Shown here: in pieces, positions 49,447 to 58,945 of the stretch
Position numbering within the stretch: the stretch's first letter is position 1
Layout of the letters: each line of letters starts with the position of its first letter
Origin: a virus
DNA length: 64,000 nt
IMG/VR virus record: IMGVR_UViG_3300043122_000207
Location: 130,605-194,604 of that record
Direction: 5' to 3' (one strand)
Notes under the pieces: model-generated
The model's input: the letters and a program-made list of their open reading frames with translations, nothing else
What the model was told of the DNA's origin: nothing
The model's database searches: none
Made by a program: the position numbers and the translations under genes

Positions 49447-49908
49447 ATGAAAGTATTTATTAGCAATTTGGAAAAAGAAACACCTCAGGTTAATTTTAAT
49501 ATGGTAGATGGTTTGGAAGATGGAGATTATAAAGAAGGTAATCTTATAATGTCAGAGATCACTAAAGAAAATGTTTTGGATATGAAACATGAATTGGGTG
49601 ACCATATTGAAGTTGTGGCAGAAGAGATGCGTATGGATAAATTACCTATAGAAAATAAAGAACCTGTTGTTATGGAGGCCAGTCTTTCAGAAGTTAATTC
49701 GAGACATATCGTTATAGAAGAGGATTGTGCTGTGGGTGTGGTTGTTGAATCTGCAACAGAAGAAAATAAAAACCATGTCGTGTATTTAGATCACGAAATT
49801 AATGATGTTCAAGAACACGATATGAACCCAGAGAGTTTTATGATTGAGGACTATGTTACAATTCGTGATACAATAAGTGAAGCTAAAAATTGGGAACCAA
49901 AAGAATAA
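49447..49908 (+). CDS. Hypothetical acidic protein, probable paralogue of 48941..49393
   Basis: Identical leader AAAAGGAGATGTTAAAATGAAA; Y(I/L)DH motif shared. Confidence 0.5.
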   Translation: MKVFISNLEKETPQVNFNMVDGLEDGDYKEGNLIMSEITKENVLDMKHELGDHIEVVAEEMRMDKLPIENKEPVVMEASLSEVNSRHIVIEEDCAVGVVVESATEENKNHVVYLDHEINDVQEHDMNPESFMIEDYVTIRDTISEAKNWEPKE

Positions 49909-49968
49909 GCAGTGTTTGCGGTGGTCTCTTCCACCGCAATAATTTTTAAACCAAAGGGGATGGTAAAC

Positions 49969-50607
49969 ATGGGTGTCAAATTGAAAGGTTTGTCTTTAAA
50001 TATCAAAAAAGAAGATATTGATGTAGAATTAGAAATCGATGAAGTCACATTAGATTTAGGAGACTTATTCTCCTTGATAAGTGAAGATGAAATTATGAGC
50101 TTACTTGGTGATATCGATATCACTGAGGAAGGATTTGGAGAGTCACTGTCATATGATAATGAAAAGGAAAACAATAAAGAAATTAGTCTTAATAAAAAGA
50201 ATGTAATGTATGACTTAAATAATATGATGAGCGAAACATCTAAGAGTAAAAACCCAAAAGGTTTATTACCTATTGATCAATATTTTGAATCTAGTTTTGA
50301 TTATTGTGTTTGGTTTGTGGATGATGAAAGTTTTCTTTCAAATTCTTTCATAAATGCTGATAGTAATACACCTGTTGACTTTTTTGTTGGTGTCCACTTT
50401 AAAGATTATAATGGAAAAACTGCAATGGGTTTTGAAACTCAATTTGCATTTGAAAATTTTATGGGTGATGTACAACGTAAATTTGAAAAACACTTACCAT
50501 CAAATAATGTCCAAATAGGTGTGATGATGGAACCACTGACACAGATTAGAAAGAAAGCTGGAGATAATGTTTTTGGTGAATTAAAATACACAAACACTCA
50601 GATTTAA
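49969..50607 (+). CDS. Hypothetical protein
   Basis: AAGGGGA RBS; no family recognised. Confidence 0.5.
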   Translation: MGVKLKGLSLNIKKEDIDVELEIDEVTLDLGDLFSLISEDEIMSLLGDIDITEEGFGESLSYDNEKENNKEISLNKKNVMYDLNNMMSETSKSKNPKGLLPIDQYFESSFDYCVWFVDDESFLSNSFINADSNTPVDFFVGVHFKDYNGKTAMGFETQFAFENFMGDVQRKFEKHLPSNNVQIGVMMEPLTQIRKKAGDNVFGELKYTNTQI

Positions 50608-50623
50608 AAGAAGGGAGAATAAA

Positions 50624-50857
50624 ATGCTTGATGATTTAAAAGAGAAGTTTGAGAAAGTCAAGAAAGAAGAGCATTATAAAAAAATGAAAGAGGAAAATCC
50701 CAATGGAACATATGTGTATATTGATAGATCTGGGAATAATGAAAGATCTGGGAATAATGAAAGATATGTGTGTATGGAATGTGGAGGGGAAATGTCTTTT
50801 AATGTGTATGGTGTTATACAATGTAATGATTGTGATTCTTTAGGTGTTAATATGTGA
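50624..50857 (+). CDS. Small zinc-ribbon protein
   Basis: CMECG..CNDC. Confidence 0.55.
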   Translation: MLDDLKEKFEKVKKEEHYKKMKEENPNGTYVYIDRSGNNERSGNNERYVCMECGGEMSFNVYGVIQCNDCDSLGVNM

Positions 50858-50867
50858 CAGATTATAT

Positions 50868-50899
50868 ACCCGAGGATTTAACCTCGGGTTTATTTTTTT
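50868..50899. terminator. Terminator between convergent genes
   Basis: ACCCGAGG/CCTCGGGT stem plus T-rich tail. Confidence 0.8.
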
Positions 50900-51659
50900 A
50901 TACAACTAAAACTGTTGGGTAGTCTGCAATGAAATCTTCTTCAAATTGTTCCACTAATTGTCTTCTTCTTTCTCCTGCTGACTGCCAATCATCTTTATTT
51001 AAGTTTATTTCTGAGTATCCTATATTCAATCTATTTAAGTAACTAACCACATTATTCCATAAGTTTTCTTTAATATCTAATTCAGCTAACTCTTCAAAAG
51101 TTTCTGCATAGCTGTCCTTTATTGTGGATAGATTTTTGGGATGATCAGTAAATAGTTCCAAACGATAAAGGTTCTCTGAGATATCATAATATTCTTTTTT
51201 TATTTGTATTGAATGTGGGGATAGAAATTCTGCCTCTATAGGGCTCTCATAGATGTCTCTACGCATTTTATTGTAAGCAGCCCCTAAGAACACACCACTT
51301 TGGTTTCCTATCGCATTATTGTATCCTGGGAGCATAGCCATCTCTTTACCTATAAACATTTTATCTCTTTCTTCCATGGGTACTATTTCTTTTATACCAC
51401 TTATGGATATCTCCTGTTTTTGTAACACACTTATCAATTCATCTGGTAGAAGATATATATTTTTACTTCTTCTACTTTGATTGCTAGAATTGAACTGAAC
51501 ATTCTCCACAATAAAAAAATGTTTAAAATATCTTGAGAATGTGTCTCTTGTAAAAAGATTTATAATATCATATATTTCTTGGTCTTTAGCCACATCTTTC
51601 AATATACCATTTAATCCACATTTATATCTCATCTTTTTTATTAAAGTATTTATCTTCAA
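50898..51659 (-). CDS. Putative neck/head completion protein
   Basis: Follows protease and capsid genes; has its own late motif; family inferred from context. Confidence 0.4.
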   Translation of the reverse strand: MKINTLIKKMRYKCGLNGILKDVAKDQEIYDIINLFTRDTFSRYFKHFFIVENVQFNSSNQSRRSKNIYLLPDELISVLQKQEISISGIKEIVPMEERDKMFIGKEMAMLPGYNNAIGNQSGVFLGAAYNKMRRDIYESPIEAEFLSPHSIQIKKEYYDISENLYRLELFTDHPKNLSTIKDSYAETFEELAELDIKENLWNNVVSYLNRLNIGYSEINLNKDDWQSAGERRRQLVEQFEEDFIADYPTVLVV

Positions 51660-51744
51660 ATATACCCCTCCTTTTCTTTCTATTATATTGTTTTTAAAAG
51701 ACTCTAATATGTATAAAAGACCCGGGGTTAAACCCGGGTTTAAT

Positions 51745-52557
51745 TTATATGTTCATGAAACTATCTAATTCATTTGATAACTTCTTTGAAACTTTAGCTT
51801 GCATTGAAACAGATTCACTGTAGTATCCAATAACCTCATCACCAGGTGTGTATAATACTTTATCTGGTTTGAACCCATTGAAACTTTCTGCAATTAAATC
51901 AAGATGACCGTTTACTTCTTTAAATACACCGTCTATCTTATCTACAGAACATTCTCTAAATAATTTCTTAGCCACTTCGTTACCTTCATCATCAGGGTTT
52001 AATGGATCTACTACTTTGAAACTATTTGTCTGTGCCCAACTATCTTCAGCTGATGCATCATAGACACAATCCCATGTTACAATTCTTAGTTTTCTTTGTT
52101 TTTGCCCATTAGGGAATTTCTTTATTTTACCTACAGCTCTTAAAGAAAAGGCTGGTAAAGTTCTCTGTTCAATCATTCTAGCTAAGTCTCTACCATATTT
52201 AGATTTAGCTGTTTCTATTCTCCCCATTAAATATTCACCCTCAAACCATACATCGGTTATAAGGTGACTTCTATTTTTGTTCCATACTTGCAAATATCTT
52301 TCTGGGTTCTTTCTTAAAGGGTGATCGTATTCCCCATAAAGAGCTCTGTTATTTAATCTCTTTTGAAAATGTGGGTCATTGATTCCAGATTCTAAATATT
52401 CTCTATCAAAAACATTACCGTTTCTGGTTTTTTTAGAAGTGTGGTTTAAAGGTGTCTCAAATTGGTATACCTGACCATTGTTTAAAAATGTACCATTGGA
52501 AGGATCGAAGGACATACCCTCAGATATTAAAACACCCATTTCTACAACATTATCCAA
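51745..52557 (-). CDS. Prohead core protease (T4 gp21 / phiKZ gp175 type)
   Basis: TRNGNVF, LYGEYDHP, RSHLIT, PAFSLRAVG, TWDCV. Confidence 0.88.
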   Translation of the reverse strand: MDNVVEMGVLISEGMSFDPSNGTFLNNGQVYQFETPLNHTSKKTRNGNVFDREYLESGINDPHFQKRLNNRALYGEYDHPLRKNPERYLQVWNKNRSHLITDVWFEGEYLMGRIETAKSKYGRDLARMIEQRTLPAFSLRAVGKIKKFPNGQKQRKLRIVTWDCVYDASAEDSWAQTNSFKVVDPLNPDDEGNEVAKKLFRECSVDKIDGVFKEVNGHLDLIAESFNGFKPDKVLYTPGDEVIGYYSESVSMQAKVSKKLSNELDSFMNI

Positions 52558-52593
52558 TTATATTCCCTCCTTTATTTAAATTGTATTTAAGTT

Positions 52594-52606
52594 CTAATAT
52601 ATTGTT
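52594..52606 (-). promoter_or_regulatory. Late-type motif AACA-N6-TAG upstream of the prohead protease
   Basis: Minus strand AACAATATATTAG. Confidence 0.75.
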
Positions 52607-52675
52607 TTCGTATGAATTAAAGGAGCAGGGGTTAACCTGCTCCATTTTATATTATATATAATGAGGCAAAAATTA

Positions 52676-54478
52676 TTATACTAAGTTAACTCTTGCCATG
52701 ATTGCATGTACAGGGAACATATCGAATGTATCAACATATGCTAGAGAAGGTAACTGTAGATGCTGAATGTCACGAATTTCTCCATTCTTAAATAACTTAG
52801 AGTATCCTTGGTAGAATGTGAATGTTTCTTGTTCTTTATCATTACTACGAGGTACAATAGTTAATTCATCTAAGTCTCCAGCTCTTTCTGTGGATACCAC
52901 TCTGATTTGGTTACCTTTAATATTAATGGAATATACATCGTAATCAACTGCAACACCTGCATATTCTTTATCCTTAGAAACAACTGATACCATCTTAGGC
53001 ATAAGTCTTGTAGTTCTAGGATCTGCATACATAACATTTTTGATACCATTTTTAGCATTGAACTTTTTCTGTAATTCAATAACCATTTGGTCAATGGTAT
53101 CTGGTAACATTTCTTCACGCCAATTAACCGGAGTGTTTGGTCTGTAAGCTTCAGAAGTAGTAGGATCTTTCTTGAAGTCTTCTTCAAACCAATCATTAGG
53201 TGTTCCGTCTCCAACAGGTAATCTGTTTGCAAGAGCAAGACTTTCTTTATAATCTCTAAGAGTTTTAAAGATTTTGTGGTCTTTAACATGTCCTGCTAAA
53301 TCTAAAATAGTAGCAGTAAGCTTCATCATACCATCTGTATTCTCAATAGTACCAAAATCTTTTAAAGTTTTTGGATCATATGATAATACCATGTTAAGAC
53401 GTTCTTTAATAACGAAGTCCATTGGTTCTCTTTCAACACCAACAGATGAAACTTTAGAAATAGTAGAACCTGAAATTCTACCCTGAACTTTAAAGCTTTT
53501 AACTTCTGATTGTGTTCTCCAGCTAATCTCACCAGTTGTGAAATCTACTTTACCACCAATAGCAACCTCTACAGTAGAACTTCCATCTTGTGCAGCAGAG
53601 TTATCCACTTCAGTTACAACGAAGAACTGTGGGTTGTTTTTGGAACCTTCGTGCTGTGTAATAATGTTATCGTTAACTTCTTTGAATACACCAGGTCTAT
53701 CTGTAGGTGTACCTCCAACGTCAACTGTAGCAACTACATCAGTAATTTTAATTTCAGGGAATAAGTTATTCTTATCAGCGTTCACATTTGTTACTCCACT
53801 TTCAGCAATTAAGTTAGCTGTATTATCAGCGTGATCTGCTGTAATCAATTCAGCTGTAAATTCTGGCTGAGAGTGATTTAAGAAATTATCCATGAAATCT
53901 TGATCTTTTACTACATCTGGGAAATATCTTTTTTCCCCGTCAATCTCTAAGTAGCGTCTTTCCCATTTTTTTCTGAAAGTATACTTATCTGTAGTTTTGT
54001 GATCTACAATTAAGCGACCATTACTTTTAATGGTTTCCAGATATTGAACAGGAGGAATAGCTGCCATCATAGGGGCAATTGATTCACCAGTAGTGAATGC
54101 CTCTTGATAGAGTTCCCAAGTTGTGTCCATTCTTTCTTGTACCATAGCCATATCTTCGTTAATTAAATCTGCCTTCTCACCAATCAGCATGTCATCTTCA
54201 CTTAAAGAACCATTGAAACCTTCTCTTCTAGAGTTGTTTACGTTATTGGATTCTGCATATAATGGTGACATGAATTTTTCTTTTAGTGATTTAGAGCGAC
54301 CTTCATCTTGTATGTACCCACCAAATCCAGCTGATAAAGGAACACCTACTGATTCACAGTATGCATTAACCTCTTCAATAGCTGAAGCATATCCAGAAAT
54401 AGAGCTTAAGGATTCTGGGTTAATATCATGAGATAGTTTACCTTCCATTGTATTTACATCAAATCTTGTATCATTCAT
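52676..54478 (-). CDS. Major capsid protein precursor
   Basis: 600 aa with an acidic propeptide rich in Y-x-E sites; upstream of the protease; own late motif and terminator. Confidence 0.75.
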   Translation of the reverse strand: MNDTRFDVNTMEGKLSHDINPESLSSISGYASAIEEVNAYCESVGVPLSAGFGGYIQDEGRSKSLKEKFMSPLYAESNNVNNSRREGFNGSLSEDDMLIGEKADLINEDMAMVQERMDTTWELYQEAFTTGESIAPMMAAIPPVQYLETIKSNGRLIVDHKTTDKYTFRKKWERRYLEIDGEKRYFPDVVKDQDFMDNFLNHSQPEFTAELITADHADNTANLIAESGVTNVNADKNNLFPEIKITDVVATVDVGGTPTDRPGVFKEVNDNIITQHEGSKNNPQFFVVTEVDNSAAQDGSSTVEVAIGGKVDFTTGEISWRTQSEVKSFKVQGRISGSTISKVSSVGVEREPMDFVIKERLNMVLSYDPKTLKDFGTIENTDGMMKLTATILDLAGHVKDHKIFKTLRDYKESLALANRLPVGDGTPNDWFEEDFKKDPTTSEAYRPNTPVNWREEMLPDTIDQMVIELQKKFNAKNGIKNVMYADPRTTRLMPKMVSVVSKDKEYAGVAVDYDVYSINIKGNQIRVVSTERAGDLDELTIVPRSNDKEQETFTFYQGYSKLFKNGEIRDIQHLQLPSLAYVDTFDMFPVHAIMARVNLV

Positions 54479-54537
54479 TTTACGAAATGACCTCCTTATT
54501 TTTATGATTAATATGATAATATCTACTTAAGATTATA

Positions 54538-54551
54538 CTAAAATATTTGTT
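54538..54551 (-). promoter_or_regulatory. Late-type motif AACA-N7-TAG upstream of the capsid gene
   Basis: Minus strand AACAAATATTTTAG. Confidence 0.75.
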
Positions 54552-54596
54552 AATTTTGTAATTCCTAGTATTACCTTTATACCTTTAATATCATTA

Positions 54597-55265
54597 CTAG
54601 TCTTCTTCTAATAATTCTCTAAAGGTATCTAATTTTTTATTCAGATAAATAAAAGAAATTCTAAACTCCAAAAGTGTTTGATATTTTACACTAACTGTAT
54701 CAGATGTATTTTTGAAATACTCTAAAAGCATTTCCAGTTTTCTTTTGTATTCTCTTGTGATGTCATCTAATATATCACGTTTATCTTTTGTAGTGTCTAT
54801 ATTTTCTAATTTCTCAACTAAATCTGAATAATTGTCATGAAGTATTTCAAAATTTTTATCTAATAATTTTTCTCTTTTTTTCTCAATCTCATCGTCTTCC
54901 GATTCTTCCATTTCATCTAATCCTTCTTCAGGATTTTCATCCATGGTAAGATCAGGATCATCAGGATTATCAGTTTCCCCTGTATCGGCATCTGATGTAT
55001 CTCCTTCATCGTCTGTCCCATCACTATCACCAACACTATCGTTATCTGCAGAGCCATCATCGTCAGAACCATCCTGAGCATCATTATCTGTTCCCACAGG
55101 TTCTGGGGTTTCTTGATTGTCCGGTCCAGAATCTTGTGTATCTTCTGAACCGGTATCATCATTATTTTCTTGATCTTGTCCATCATCTTCTGGTGCCTCC
55201 ATATGGAGAATTTCTTTTTCACCTTTGTCTTGAAATATTTTCTCTAAGCCATTAAAAAAACTCAT
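54597..55265 (-). CDS. Acidic head/scaffold-like protein
   Basis: Long D/E/G/S low-complexity tract then a helical C-terminus; next to the capsid gene. Confidence 0.5.
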   Translation of the reverse strand: MSFFNGLEKIFQDKGEKEILHMEAPEDDGQDQENNDDTGSEDTQDSGPDNQETPEPVGTDNDAQDGSDDDGSADNDSVGDSDGTDDEGDTSDADTGETDNPDDPDLTMDENPEEGLDEMEESEDDEIEKKREKLLDKNFEILHDNYSDLVEKLENIDTTKDKRDILDDITREYKRKLEMLLEYFKNTSDTVSVKYQTLLEFRISFIYLNKKLDTFRELLEED

Positions 55266-55417
55266 ACCAAAAACCTCCTTTTAAGAGGATAAATAAGATT
55301 TGAAGATTAAAAACTTTTTATAAGCTTTTAATATATTTAAGCTATAGTAATTGTTTACTTGTCCTTAATAGTATAATTTAATTTAAAAGCAGGGATATTA
55401 AAACCCCTGCTTATTTG

Positions 55418-57418
55418 TTATTGTAGTCTATTTTCGTATCTTATTCTATCCACTTGTCTTTCTAATTTCTTTTTCATTCTCTTCATTGTGTCTCTTGCTT
55501 TCCTGTCGTTTTCGTTTCTGGCATCCTGGATGTTTTCTTCCAACATATCTATTTCGTCTTTTAGAATTTGAATAGCTAACTCTTTTCTTTTGACTGTCCT
55601 ATCATGCATTTTATATTTTAATACTGTAGCAGAAAGAACACCGACTATTAAGGATAATATTGGGTTTACAAATACTACAGCATAAACACCATACCCTAAA
55701 GCTAGAGAAACAAACCATTCTAATATCTCATCTAAAAATGGTATGATTTCATCATTAATCAATTTTTCTTTTAGTTTCTCTCTTTTATTTTTTCTTCTGT
55801 TTGAGATAATATGTTCAGCTTTTGTTTTGAATCTCTTAAGCTGGGTGAATGCTTTCTTTGGTAACTTAGTAGTTGTCCTTTTTATTTTCCGTAATTGATG
55901 TTTGAAATCTCCGATAGCACCCTCACCATAGAACACCTCTTCATTAACTAAACCCATCACTTCTTCATTTGGGATGGATTCACTTTTATAATATGACTCA
56001 CTAAATAATAGTTTTGTTTCTCCCATAAAACTACCAATGAATGATTCTATATATTCGACTGTTACTGTTTCTTCTGAGTCTTCATCTGGGGTATAAAGGT
56101 ATGCTTCACCAATCAATTCTCCATCTTTAACTTCGATATCATAATGTTTTGCTATACCTATATATTTACCATTAACATATTCTTTGATGTTTTCTACTAT
56201 AACTGGAACTTCTCCAAAATCATCTTTGATGGTTTCATAAAGTGGTTCCCAAAGCATTTTGTTTTTCATCTTTATCCAATACCTTGTGATATATTTATAA
56301 GTTACATGTTGTATACCTTTTAATGTTAGGTTTGATAAAGCAAAATACGTTAACCCTAGAAAAAGACCAAATCCTAATGATCCAGTAACCAAAGTTCCTG
56401 TTATACCAGCCGCACCCCCTAAATTAATTGAAGCCATATAACGATAAACTTTCATTTGGAACGGCATCCAATTATTAGTGACCCATTTACCGAGGGCCTC
56501 TTTATTTGACGGGTCTAGGATTTTAAGTTGTTCCATTAATTTTTTCTGTTCTTTTTTATACTCTTTAAACTTTCTTTTCAATTTACCCGGTAGTTTAGTT
56601 AGTTCTGGTGCCTCTCTCACTACACCGGTATTCATTTCAACTACACCGTCACCAGCTATTATGTTATTATCACTTTTTAGAATTAAAAAACTGTTTTCGT
56701 TTTCCACATCTTCAAAGTTCTTGATTTTATATGTTAATAAATCGTGACGCTGAATACCTGTTGCAAAATCTTCTCTTACAGCTTTTCCTGTTATAAAGTC
56801 ATAAAACAAACTAGAAGAACCATCTTCTAAAGTTTTAAATAGAAATCTTTTTCTAATCGGTGCTAAAGATGCAAGGTAATCTTCATCTTTACAAAAATGC
56901 TCTAAAAGAGAAAGATATTTTTTATAACTAACTTCTCTAAAATGATAAACATTATCCATAACATTATTGAAGTTAATATTGTTTTTTAAAGCAAGTTTCA
57001 ATTCACTCTCATCTTCATCATCATTGTATGTTAAAACACTGGATGATTTAAATAAGTCTACATTTTCCTCTGGGAAGTTAGAATCATAAATGCTCACTAT
57101 ATCATCATCATTATTTAAAGCAAGTAATCTTATAGTTTCACCTCTTGATAAAACATAGAAGTAATCGATTGCACCTTCTACATATTTCTTCTCCACCCGT
57201 AAAAAGAGATGATACTTTTCATCATAAAAAGCTGATAGTCTCTCTACCTTACAATCTTCTGAAAGTAAGTAGTCTGTTATTTCTTCAACTGTCTCCGACA
57301 AAAGTTTTTTGTCCAAATAATCGTTTATTCTAAAAAGATTAGAATATTCATTATCTTCTTCTAAACATCTTAAAAAATTATGAATTCTAAAATTATCTAA
57401 AAGTGTCAGTTCATTCAT
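55418..57418 (-). CDS. Virion protein with hydrophobic hairpins
   Basis: Two hydrophobic Gly-rich segments, FYGE/G site, coiled C-terminus; late motif at 57451. Confidence 0.45.
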   Translation of the reverse strand: MNELTLLDNFRIHNFLRCLEEDNEYSNLFRINDYLDKKLLSETVEEITDYLLSEDCKVERLSAFYDEKYHLFLRVEKKYVEGAIDYFYVLSRGETIRLLALNNDDDIVSIYDSNFPEENVDLFKSSSVLTYNDDEDESELKLALKNNINFNNVMDNVYHFREVSYKKYLSLLEHFCKDEDYLASLAPIRKRFLFKTLEDGSSSLFYDFITGKAVREDFATGIQRHDLLTYKIKNFEDVENENSFLILKSDNNIIAGDGVVEMNTGVVREAPELTKLPGKLKRKFKEYKKEQKKLMEQLKILDPSNKEALGKWVTNNWMPFQMKVYRYMASINLGGAAGITGTLVTGSLGFGLFLGLTYFALSNLTLKGIQHVTYKYITRYWIKMKNKMLWEPLYETIKDDFGEVPVIVENIKEYVNGKYIGIAKHYDIEVKDGELIGEAYLYTPDEDSEETVTVEYIESFIGSFMGETKLLFSESYYKSESIPNEEVMGLVNEEVFYGEGAIGDFKHQLRKIKRTTTKLPKKAFTQLKRFKTKAEHIISNRRKNKREKLKEKLINDEIIPFLDEILEWFVSLALGYGVYAVVFVNPILSLIVGVLSATVLKYKMHDRTVKRKELAIQILKDEIDMLEENIQDARNENDRKARDTMKRMKKKLERQVDRIRYENRLQ

Positions 57419-57520
57419 ATATGAAAACCTCCAATTTATTGATTTTTAAGCTACTTAATTTGTTCTGCTTGATATGTTTCGAAACAAATAGGATAGTTAG
57501 TAAACTAAACTTAATAAGGG

Positions 57521-58945
57521 GTGAATGTTCAAATGATAGTTAGTGATAGATTGAATAATATAAAGGATGATTTAGAACAGGTCAAAAAAAAGGCCAAAGA
57601 AGATTTAGGTATAGATGTTGTCGTTGTTTTTGAAACGGGTGTTTTAAAAGAAGAGGATGAAAAGAGAGTAAGGAAATTTCTAAATGAAACATATGAGTCT
57701 TATTCACACAAACCAAGAAAGTACATCTCTATTTATCCACTCAATAGAAATGTCAGTATGTTGCTTAAAGATAGTGATTATGGTGCTCCGATGACCAATA
57801 ATGGTTTGACCCAGGTTTTACATGATATGGCTGGTGCAAATGATTACACAAGGTACGGTAGACACAGTGGTATGTGTAGGAACTTATATGAAAAGGTTAT
57901 TGTTGAGTTGGACACAAATTATGTGGATAGATTATCTAACCTCAAAAACCATGGTTCAGAAATAACTTTCCATTTAGAAAGAGATATATTGACAGCTTTA
58001 AGTGATATTAAAGATGACTATGGCGAGTTATCTCAAAAAATCCTCAATAACCTAATGGCTAATATATCCACAACTAAAGAATATATTCGAGGTAGAAACA
58101 ATGTACCCGATAATAATTATGTCGGTCAAGGTAACGAAAGTGATCTAACCAATAAAAATTACACATATTATAATAGGGATTTCTTAAAGATATTGGATCT
58201 TACAATTATGTGGTATATTAATCATAAAATTGTACAGCAAAATGTTTCCGATAAAGATATCTTTTATCACATCGATAAAATCTTAAGAATAATGGATAGG
58301 GTTCGTGGTTTTAATAAAGTTTATTATTTTAAAACTCTTTTATCTGGTGATATAGATATTAAAAAAGATTCTGTAATGGATGTTTTATTTAATAGAGTCT
58401 ATCTTGATGTCTTGGATAATAACCCTTATGAAAGAAAGAATTTAAAATATAAACCGATGTATCTTAATAGTGATAGCAAATCTATTCTACATTCTGATGG
58501 GACATCATCTGATGAAAGTTCTTTAATTTCTGAAGCATCTTTGGTTTCTTTTGATGTGGATTCAAATGATATGGTTCAGTTTATTGGTGAATGTGTGATA
58601 TTAGAAAAAGAAAACTTGATTGCTGAATCTATTTTCGATATGTTTAAAAAGTCAGATTCTAAAAAGATCATAGAATTAGCTCGTGAAGTAGATCAAATTG
58701 CAGTCGAATTTGAATTTATGTATGATCAGTATTCAAAATCTGATGCAATGCATAGGGCTTATGATTGTCTTGATAGGATTGATAAGAAAATGAATAGAGC
58801 TGACACTGATGAAATGCACGATGCTTTAGATGGTATACGTTCTAAACTTCTAGAAATCATTAAGAAAAATAGAAACAGAAATATTAAAAAACAAAGGATG
58901 ACAATAAATATTGATTATCCTAAAGGATACGGAATGAATGCGTAA
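57521..58945 (+). CDS. Hypothetical late (virion) protein
   Basis: Late motif at 57483; TAATG coupling to terminase. Confidence 0.45.
   Translation: MNVQMIVSDRLNNIKDDLEQVKKKAKEDLGIDVVVVFETGVLKEEDEKRVRKFLNETYESYSHKPRKYISIYPLNRNVSMLLKDSDYGAPMTNNGLTQVLHDMAGANDYTRYGRHSGMCRNLYEKVIVELDTNYVDRLSNLKNHGSEITFHLERDILTALSDIKDDYGELSQKILNNLMANISTTKEYIRGRNNVPDNNYVGQGNESDLTNKNYTYYNRDFLKILDLTIMWYINHKIVQQNVSDKDIFYHIDKILRIMDRVRGFNKVYYFKTLLSGDIDIKKDSVMDVLFNRVYLDVLDNNPYERKNLKYKPMYLNSDSKSILHSDGTSSDESSLISEASLVSFDVDSNDMVQFIGECVILEKENLIAESIFDMFKKSDSKKIIELAREVDQIAVEFEFMYDQYSKSDAMHRAYDCLDRIDKKMNRADTDEMHDALDGIRSKLLEIIKKNRNRNIKKQRMTINIDYPKGYGMNA

Noticed and set aside
52651-52662. ATTATATATAAT as a sixth early promoter
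   Set aside because: One mismatch, palindromic, and on the minus strand directly upstream of the capsid terminator.
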